Shown here: positions 8,188 to 14,245 of the stretch, in pieces
Numbering within the stretch: position 1 is the stretch's first letter
Layout of the letters: every line of letters starts with the position of its first letter
Assembly (NCBI GenBank): GCA_041687695.1
Contig: JAWLBL010000055.1
Coordinates: 1-14,245 of the forward strand
Length of the DNA: 14,245 nucleotides
Direction: 5' to 3'
DNA from: Myxococcota bacterium
GTDB lineage: Bacteria; Myxococcota_A; UBA9042; PHBI01; JAWLBL01
Notes under the pieces: model-generated
The model's database searches: none
What the model was told of the DNA's origin: nothing
The model's input: the letters and a program-made list of their open reading frames with translations, nothing else
Made by a program: the position numbers and the translations under genes

Positions 8188-10230
8188 TTGAGAAACCCTA
8201 CCCTGGTGTTCCGCCTGGCGTCCCTCGCTCTCCTGGCCCTGGCCGGGTGCTCGACCGACGATCCCTCGGCCTCCAAGAGCTGCGCCGACGGGGCCGCCTG
8301 CGCCGAGCAGACCAGCGTCCGCCTCACCCTGCTGGACGTGCGCTACGACCTGAGCCAGCCGGTCTACGTCAACAACCGCATCCCCGTGCGCTTCGGCCTG
8401 ACGGCCCACGGCGCCGACCCGGCGGCTCCCACCACCCAGAACGTCGCCGTCAGCTTCAGCCTGGTGGACGCCAGCCCCGCGGATCCCAGCGACCCGGACG
8501 GCTGCTCCTCGAACGCCTTCAACGTAGAGGTGGTCGCCGATGGCCAGGAGCACCTCTACGAGGGGTTCATCTGGCCCACCACCGTGTGCGCCGAGCTGGT
8601 CGGTCGGACCTTCAACGTCCAGGTGGAGTTCGACGGGGGTGAGGCCGCCGAGGCCGGCCTCGACGCGCCGACCGTGACCTTCGGCGAGGCCGACCAGGAC
8701 GGCTCGCTCAACCAGCTGTGCCGCAAGGACGAGGCGGCCAGCGCCGGCGACGGATGCGTCTACGCCATCGCCCTGCAGGCCACGCCGACCGACTACGACG
8801 GCCCGCTCATCGACGTGCGCGTGGCGGGCATGCGGCCCAACTCCTCGGTCGCGCTGCTGCCTCGGACGACCGAGCAGGCCGAGGTCCTCCCGACGCTGGT
8901 CATGCAGTCCATCCTGGTGGTCAACGGCCGCGACCCCTACGTGTCGGCCACCGCCGCCAAGGACGTGCCCCCCGGGCTCGAGGAGCTCGCGCCGGGCATC
9001 ACCGAGGAGCTCCGCTTCGGCGCCGACGAGGGCGATCTCGGGGCGCTCACCCGGATGCCAGGGGCGGCGTGGATCGACTACGAGATCACCCCGACCGGGA
9101 CGGACGACTGGCTCCCGCTCCTCATCGGCGAGGCCCGCGCCACCCAGGCCCCGGTCGACGAGCTGATGCCCGGCTCACCCAACATCTTCGATCACGAGCT
9201 GTTCGCCGAGGGCGCGACCCGGCAAGCGCTGGAAGGTGACTGGGCCGACATCCAGGACTTCTCGGTGCGCGGCTGCTTCGAGGCGGACTTCACGCAGGCC
9301 GGCAACCAGGGCGACGACGACCCGGGCGACTGCCGCGTGTTCGAGGTGGTCCTGGTCCGGGAGAAGCCCAGCACCTCGGCGGCCGTCTCGGTCGAGTTCA
9401 ACAAGGAGCTGAGCAAGAAGGTCGGCGGCGACCGGCTGAACCTCGAGGCCTACTTCGGCACCACCAACCGCCTGGACAAAAGCGGGGTCACCAGCAACGT
9501 CGAGGGCCGCGTCAGCGTCGCCGGCAAGCTCGGCAAGAGCTTCAGCGTCACGGTGGCGCGCGCCTTCGGCCAGGCCCACCTAGGCACGTCGTCCGAGAGC
9601 ACCGGCTACGAGCTGGGCGTCGAGGCCTTCGGCCAGAGCCTGCTGTCGGTGGCGCACGAGGACTCGTCCATCGTGGACGAGCGCAAGTTCTCGCAGGCCA
9701 AGTCCTTCAAGTTCCCGGGGATCGGCTTCGGGTTCGGGCCGGTCAAGATCGGCTTCGACTTCGCGTTGGGCGGCGAGGTCTTCCTCGAGACCAACGACAG
9801 CCTCAGCGCGATCGCCGACGACGCGGGATGCGCCGCGCTGCTGGGGACCAGCGAAGCCCTGCCGGCCTGCGGCGAGCTGAGCCGCCAGGTGGCGCCGGGC
9901 TTCGCCTTCACGGCCACGCTCTCCGGCGGGCTCAATCTCAAGCTGGTGAAGGCCGGCATCTCCGCCGAGCTGTCGATCGTGGACACCAGCTTCCCGCTGA
10001 CCGGGTCGCTCGCCTTCGGCGTGAGTGACGACGGCAGCGTGCTGGTCCTGGGTCAGACCAGCTGGGAGCGGGTGATGACCCTCATCAAGGGCAGCGTCTA
10101 CATCGTGGGCAAGGTCGGCTTCAAGAAGTGGGCCAAGACGCTCAAGGTCCACCTCTTCAGCTTCAGCTCCGCGAAGGTGAGCGCCACGCTGCTCGAGGAG
10201 ACCATGGCCAGCTTCGAGGTGCTGGACTGA
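8188..10230 (+). CDS. Lipoprotein (680 aa): Cys-containing beta-sandwich-like N-terminal region plus a long amphipathic beta-sheet C-terminus resembling the C/A sheets of large lipid transfer proteins
   Basis: TTG start 6 nt after AGGAG. Signal MRNPTLVFRLASLALLALAG-C is a classic lipobox (Cys21). The last ~285 aa are long alternating hydrophobic/polar strands. The stop overlaps the next ATG (TGATG). Confidence 0.85.
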   Translation: MRNPTLVFRLASLALLALAGCSTDDPSASKSCADGAACAEQTSVRLTLLDVRYDLSQPVYVNNRIPVRFGLTAHGADPAAPTTQNVAVSFSLVDASPADPSDPDGCSSNAFNVEVVADGQEHLYEGFIWPTTVCAELVGRTFNVQVEFDGGEAAEAGLDAPTVTFGEADQDGSLNQLCRKDEAASAGDGCVYAIALQATPTDYDGPLIDVRVAGMRPNSSVALLPRTTEQAEVLPTLVMQSILVVNGRDPYVSATAAKDVPPGLEELAPGITEELRFGADEGDLGALTRMPGAAWIDYEITPTGTDDWLPLLIGEARATQAPVDELMPGSPNIFDHELFAEGATRQALEGDWADIQDFSVRGCFEADFTQAGNQGDDDPGDCRVFEVVLVREKPSTSAAVSVEFNKELSKKVGGDRLNLEAYFGTTNRLDKSGVTSNVEGRVSVAGKLGKSFSVTVARAFGQAHLGTSSESTGYELGVEAFGQSLLSVAHEDSSIVDERKFSQAKSFKFPGIGFGFGPVKIGFDFALGGEVFLETNDSLSAIADDAGCAALLGTSEALPACGELSRQVAPGFAFTATLSGGLNLKLVKAGISAELSIVDTSFPLTGSLAFGVSDDGSVLVLGQTSWERVMTLIKGSVYIVGKVGFKKWAKTLKVHLFSFSSAKVSATLLEETMASFEVLD

Positions 10231-12050
10231 TGCGGCGGCCCACGCTCGTCACGGCGGCGGTCGCGGCCGCCGTGGCGGTGGTCGGGTTCTCGCTGGCCAG
10301 CGGCCAGGCCCGCGAGGAGGCGCCCACGCCCACCGTCGAGGCCGCCAGCGGGAGCCCGTTGGGCTGCACCTTCTCCGCGGGAGCGCGGGCCGCCTACCGC
10401 GTGTCGTCTCGGGTGGTGGCCTCGCAGGGGGGCTCCGACCGCCTCGCCGGGACGCTGAGCTGGGTGGTGGAGCGGGGCTCCAGCGCCGGGCGCAGCGCTC
10501 GGCTGAGGGCGGCGCTCACCGAGGTGCAGCTGGAGCAGCAGCTGACCCGACCCGCCGACCGCGCCGACGCCGCCCGAGTCGAGGCGGGCGTCTTCGCCCT
10601 CGAGGTCGACCCGCAGTGCCGGTTCACCGCCCTCTCGTTCGACGGCCGCTGGGACGCGGCGGGCCAGCACCTGGTTCGCTCGCTGCTCGAGACGGTGGAG
10701 GTGGTCGTGGAGCCCGGGGCAAAGCGGTGGACCGCGCCCCAGGAGGACGGGATGGGGACCTACCTGGCCAGCTACGTGCGCCGCGGCCACACGGTCGAGC
10801 GCACCAAGGACAGCTACGACGACGACCCCACCGCGCGCCAGATGGGCCTGCACCTCCAGGTGCTGGGCGCCACGCTGCGCGCCACCTACGACCCGCAGCG
10901 GCGCGACTGGCTGCGACGGGTCGAGGGCCGCGAGCAGGTGGCGCTGCGGGTCGGGGGCGATGCGCCCGAGCGGCTCGAGCACCGCTTCGAGCTGATGCGG
11001 GACGACGCCGCCTTCCGCGCGGTGGCCGAGGCGGGCACCGGCGCCCCGGTCGTGGCCGAGGCCGCCGCCGCGCGCCAGGACGAGGTCGACCCGGAGCTGG
11101 CCGCGCTGTCCCGGCAGGCGGTCCAGGCGCGCTTCCTCGCGCTGTTCGACGAGCGAGGGCGTTCGGCGGCGTTCCCGGCCGCGCGCCTTTTGGCCGACCG
11201 GCTCCGCGCCCACCCGGACGAGGTCTGGGAATGGCTGGACGCGCTGCGGACGGGCGCCCTGGACGAGCGGTCCCACGCGGCCTTCTTCCTGGGGCTGCAG
11301 CTCGCGGGGACGGAGCCGTCGCGGGACGCGCTGGCGGCCTGTGTCGTCGACCCCAAGCTGTCGGACATGAACCGCGCCCGCGCCGCCAGCGCGCTGGCCG
11401 ACCACGGGACGCCCACCGAGTTCGCGGCGAGCCTGCTGCAGCAGCAGGTCCGTGAGCCGCCCTCCGAGCTGGTGGCCAACGCCAGCCTGCTCGGGCTGGG
11501 GACCATGGCCGGCCGCAGCGAGGGGCCGCTGCGCGACGAGCTGCGCGCCTTCCTGAAGGGCGAGCTCGCCGCCGCCAGCGTCGCCGAAGCGACCGTGGCG
11601 ACCATCGACGCCATGGCCAACAGCGGGGACGAGGGCTTCGCCGACGTGCTCACCGAGCACCTGTCCGAGGGAGCGCCGATGGCGCGGGCCCACGCGGCGC
11701 GGGCGCTCACCCGCGTGGCGCCCGACGAGGCGCACGACGCGCTGCTCGAGCGGCTGCAGGCGGAGGCGGCGCCCGGCGTGCGGCTGGCCATCCTGCAGAG
11801 CCTCCCGTCGGCGGGCGCGCGCCCGTTCTTCGAGGCCGAGCGGGCGGCGGCGCTGCGCCTGCTGCAGAGCGCCTTGCCCGAGGAGCGCGCGGCCACCATC
11901 GACTGGATCGGCAAGGTGGCCGACCCCGAGACCCGTCGCAGCTTGCTGGCGCGTCACTTCCACCTGGAGCACGACGCCCATCTGCGCCAGCGCATCGGCG
12001 TCTACGTCACCGCCGCAGAGCTGCGAGCCGCGGCGGCGGGGGCCGACTGA
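10230..12050 (+). CDS. Secreted/anchored protein (606 aa): vitellogenin-N-like beta domain followed by HEAT-like helical repeats
   Basis: ATG 10230 lies in a TGATG overlap. N-terminal hydrophobic signal MRRPTLVTAAVAAAVAVVGFSLASGQA. Beta-rich region with WTAPQEDGMGTYLASY...VERTKDSY. C-terminal HEAT-like repeats (RARAASALAD, ATIDAMANSG, ARAHAARALTRV, VRLAILQSL, ERAATIDWIG). Confidence 0.87.
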   Translation: MRRPTLVTAAVAAAVAVVGFSLASGQAREEAPTPTVEAASGSPLGCTFSAGARAAYRVSSRVVASQGGSDRLAGTLSWVVERGSSAGRSARLRAALTEVQLEQQLTRPADRADAARVEAGVFALEVDPQCRFTALSFDGRWDAAGQHLVRSLLETVEVVVEPGAKRWTAPQEDGMGTYLASYVRRGHTVERTKDSYDDDPTARQMGLHLQVLGATLRATYDPQRRDWLRRVEGREQVALRVGGDAPERLEHRFELMRDDAAFRAVAEAGTGAPVVAEAAAARQDEVDPELAALSRQAVQARFLALFDERGRSAAFPAARLLADRLRAHPDEVWEWLDALRTGALDERSHAAFFLGLQLAGTEPSRDALAACVVDPKLSDMNRARAASALADHGTPTEFAASLLQQQVREPPSELVANASLLGLGTMAGRSEGPLRDELRAFLKGELAAASVAEATVATIDAMANSGDEGFADVLTEHLSEGAPMARAHAARALTRVAPDEAHDALLERLQAEAAPGVRLAILQSLPSAGARPFFEAERAAALRLLQSALPEERAATIDWIGKVADPETRRSLLARHFHLEHDAHLRQRIGVYVTAAELRAAAAGAD

Positions 12051-13051
12051 TGCGCTGGGCGGTGGCTCCGGTGCTGCTGCTCGGCGCCTGCGGCTCGCTG
12101 GACGCCGGCCCGCAGCAGCGCTTCGCCGACCTGGGCACGCCGCTGGGTGTGGTCGCCGTCGCCGATACCGGCGTCAGCCCGCAGCTGCAGCTCCCTGCGG
12201 GCGAGCTGGCCCTGTGGCTGGGCGCCGGGCCGGAGCGATGCGTGACGTTGGGTGACGCGGCCGGGCGCCCGTCGGACACCGACGACGCCGTAGAGGTCGC
12301 TGGGCTGTTCCTGCTGGGCGCCGAGCGCGAGCCCCTGCACGTCGTCGGCGTGGACTGCGTGACCGGCGCGCGGGTGCGGGAGCCGGCCGAGGTCGAGGTC
12401 CGCGTCTTCGCGCTGTCGGCGCCGCCGCGCGGAGAGCTGTCGCTGCGCCTCGTGCTCAGCGAGCACAGCGCCCTGCGGGGGGACGCCGCCGCGCAACAGC
12501 AGCTCTTGGCGCTGCTGGCGTCGGAGCTGGCCCCGGCCGGGGTCGTCCCGCGGCTGACCGACACCCGGACGGTCGAGGGTGTCCCCGACGAGCTGGTGTT
12601 CGGACCGGGCGCGCTGGGCCCGCTCCGGCAGGTGGTGCAGCAGGTCCCGCCCGCTCCCCCGCGCACCGTGGACGTGGTCTTCGCCGGCTGCCTCCGCTAC
12701 GACGACCCGTTCTTCGGGCCGCCCTCGGCGGTGGCCGGGTACACCCCCCGCGTCACCGGCGGCGGCAGCCCCATCGACGCCGTGTTCCTGCCGGGCCGCG
12801 TCTGCGACAGCTTCCGCGACGGGCCCGCGCCGCTCGACCTCGAGGCGACCGCCCACGTCCTGGCCCACGAGCTCGGCCACTTCCTGGGCCTGCGCCACAC
12901 CGTCGAGCTGGACGGTCGCACCGACGCCCTCGACGACACCGACGAGGCGAACCTGATGCACCCGAACCCGGGCCTCGCCAGCTCCCACGGTCTCAGCCCC
13001 AGCCAGGGCCGCGTCATGCGCAGCCACCCCTTCGTGCGCCCGCTGGAGTGA
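12050..13051 (+). CDS. Zinc metalloprotease lipoprotein, metzincin clan (M43/pappalysin-like), 333 aa
   Basis: Lipobox LLGAC (Cys14). HELGHFLGLRH (HExxHxxGxxH) at 12866-12898, followed by DALDDT and a Met-turn NLM (12950-12958). TGATG coupling to the upstream gene. Confidence 0.9.
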   Translation: MRWAVAPVLLLGACGSLDAGPQQRFADLGTPLGVVAVADTGVSPQLQLPAGELALWLGAGPERCVTLGDAAGRPSDTDDAVEVAGLFLLGAEREPLHVVGVDCVTGARVREPAEVEVRVFALSAPPRGELSLRLVLSEHSALRGDAAAQQQLLALLASELAPAGVVPRLTDTRTVEGVPDELVFGPGALGPLRQVVQQVPPAPPRTVDVVFAGCLRYDDPFFGPPSAVAGYTPRVTGGGSPIDAVFLPGRVCDSFRDGPAPLDLEATAHVLAHELGHFLGLRHTVELDGRTDALDDTDEANLMHPNPGLASSHGLSPSQGRVMRSHPFVRPLE

Positions 13052-13108
13052 CCAGGCGCTGGCGCCCGATCCCAGCCGCCAGGGTTCCCCCAGCCCAGCG
13101 TCCGGCCC

Positions 13109-13297
13109 TCAGCGCAGCATCCCCGCGTCAGGCGTCCTCAGGGCCATGGCGTAGCGCTCCTGCAGCCACACCAGGAAGCCATCCTTGCGCGCCCGCTCGT
13201 TCCGCCGCCACAGGAACACCACCTTGGGGTCCGGCGTCGGCTTGCAGGCCCCGCGTCCACGCTTCGACTCGATCCGCGCCGGCAGGTAGTCGCTCAT
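13109..13297 (-). CDS. Small hypothetical protein (62 aa, MSDYLPARIESKRGRG...) or gene remnant
   Basis: From ATG 13297 most codons end in G/C, like the real genes here, and the sequence has aromatic/hydrophobic blocks (KVVFLWR, GFLVWLQERY). Convergent with the operon. Confidence 0.5.
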   Translation of the reverse strand: MSDYLPARIESKRGRGACKPTPDPKVVFLWRRNERARKDGFLVWLQERYAMALRTPDAGMLR

Positions 13298-13420
13298 GAC
13301 CCGATGGTGCCACGGAACCACCAGCCGCCCAGCGCTTCGGTCGTCGAGCCCCGTCGTTCTTCGGCTCAGAGGTCTTCGGGGCTCGGCCCCCTGACCTTCG
13401 CCAAGCGCCGGCCGCGCCGA

Positions 13421-14245
13421 CGGTGCCGGGTTGGTACGCGCCGGCGAGGCGGCGCAAAGCTCGGCCATGGGCCGAGCACTCCGAAAGCCGCCTGCGGCGG
13501 CGTACGCGGCTGGCGTCGCGGGAACGCGCGCATTCGCGGCTCACGCGGGCCAAGAACTCGGAGGAACGCGCGCATTCGCGGCTCAAGCGGGCCAAAAACT
13601 CGGAGGAACGCGCGCGTTCGCGGCTCAAGCGGGCCGCAGGCCCGCTTTCGGAGTGCGCCGGCCATGCCGGCGCTTTCCCGGCACCGACGGCGCAGCCGCC
13701 GGCGCCGGGTGGCGACGCGCCGGCCACGCCGGCGCAAAGCTCGGCCATGGGCCGAGCACTCCGAAAGCCGCCTGCGGCGGCGCACGCGGCTGGCGTCGCG
13801 GGAACGCGCGCATTCGCGGCTCACGCGGGCCAAAAACTCGGAGGAACGCGCGCATTCGCGGCTCACGCGGGCCAAGAACTCGGAGGAACGCGCGCATTCG
13901 CTGCTCACGCGGGCCGCAGGCCCGCTTTCGGAGTGCGCCGGCCATGCCGGCGCTTTCCCGGCACCGACGGCGCAGCCGCCGGCGCCGGGTGGCGACGCGC
14001 CGGCCACGCCGGCGCAAAGCTCGGCCATGGGCCGAGCACTCCGAAAGCCGCCTGCGGCGGCGTACGCGGCTGGCGTCGCGGGATCGCGCGCATTCGCGGC
14101 TCACGCGGGCCAAGAACTCGGAGGAACGCGCGCATTCGCTGCTCACGCGGGCCGCAGGCCCGCTTTCGGAGTGCGCCGGCCATGCCGGCGCTTTCCCGGC
14201 ACCGACGGCGCAGCCGCCGGCGCCGGGTGGCGACGCGCCGGCCAC
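13421..14245. repeat. Tandem array of a 280-bp composite unit with nested 42-bp subrepeats and inverted REP-like pairs; truncated by the window end
   Basis: GGCGCAAAGCTCGGCCATGGGCCGAGCACTCCGAAAGCCGCCTGCGGCGGCG recurs at 13451, 13731 and 14011. The 42-bp subunit GGAACGCGCGCATTCGCGGCTCACGCGGGCCAAGAACTCGGA starts at 13521, 13563 and 13605 (partial). The third unit lacks one 42-bp copy. Confidence 0.95.

Noticed and set aside
9370..10230. Outer-membrane beta-barrel or autotransporter domain
   Set aside because: There is no terminal aromatic BAM signal (it ends FEVLD), it carries a lipoprotein signal, and its motifs fit an open lipid-binding sheet better. Not fully excluded without modelling.
13345..13385. 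Hairpin CGAGCCCCG...CGGGGCTCG as a terminator or ncRNA
   Set aside because: A 9-bp GC stem with a long loop and no U-tract is expected by chance at this GC content.
13421..14245. CRISPR array, or the repeat-encoded ORFs (13128-13748, 13366-14028, 13625-14245, 13905-14183)
   Set aside because: There are no unique spacers. The 280-bp period is not a multiple of 3, so the same peptide appears in shifting frames, as expected for non-coding repeats.

Overview
A very GC-rich bacterial window. The codon style and the many lipoproteins suggest a myxobacterium or related deltaproteobacterium, which is inference only. From left to right it holds: (i) a minus-strand pair, a 302-aa hypothetical protein overlapping a radical SAM enzyme; (ii) a divergent ~1313-aa putative Tat lipoprotein with FG-GAP motifs, two Ser/Thr-rich amphipathic beta segments and C-terminal CARDB/Ig-like domains; (iii) a convergent orphan HicB-like gene; (iv) a 144-bp tandem palindromic repeat array; (v) a translationally coupled three-gene operon (two TGATG overlaps) encoding a lipoprotein with a long amphipathic beta-sheet C-terminus, a secreted beta-barrel plus HEAT-like helical protein, and a metzincin lipoprotein; (vi) a small ORF and a 280-bp tandem array with nested 42-bp subrepeats running off the window end. 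The most interesting hypothesis is that the first two operon genes are a split bacterial version of the large lipid transfer module (vitellogenin/MTP/apoB), with the N-sheet and helical domain on one gene and the cavity-forming beta-sheets on the other. Second, the three non-coding repeat loci appear to be built from one REP-like hairpin family whose stem sequence varies while pairing is kept. All family assignments come from motif recognition by eye, not database searches.
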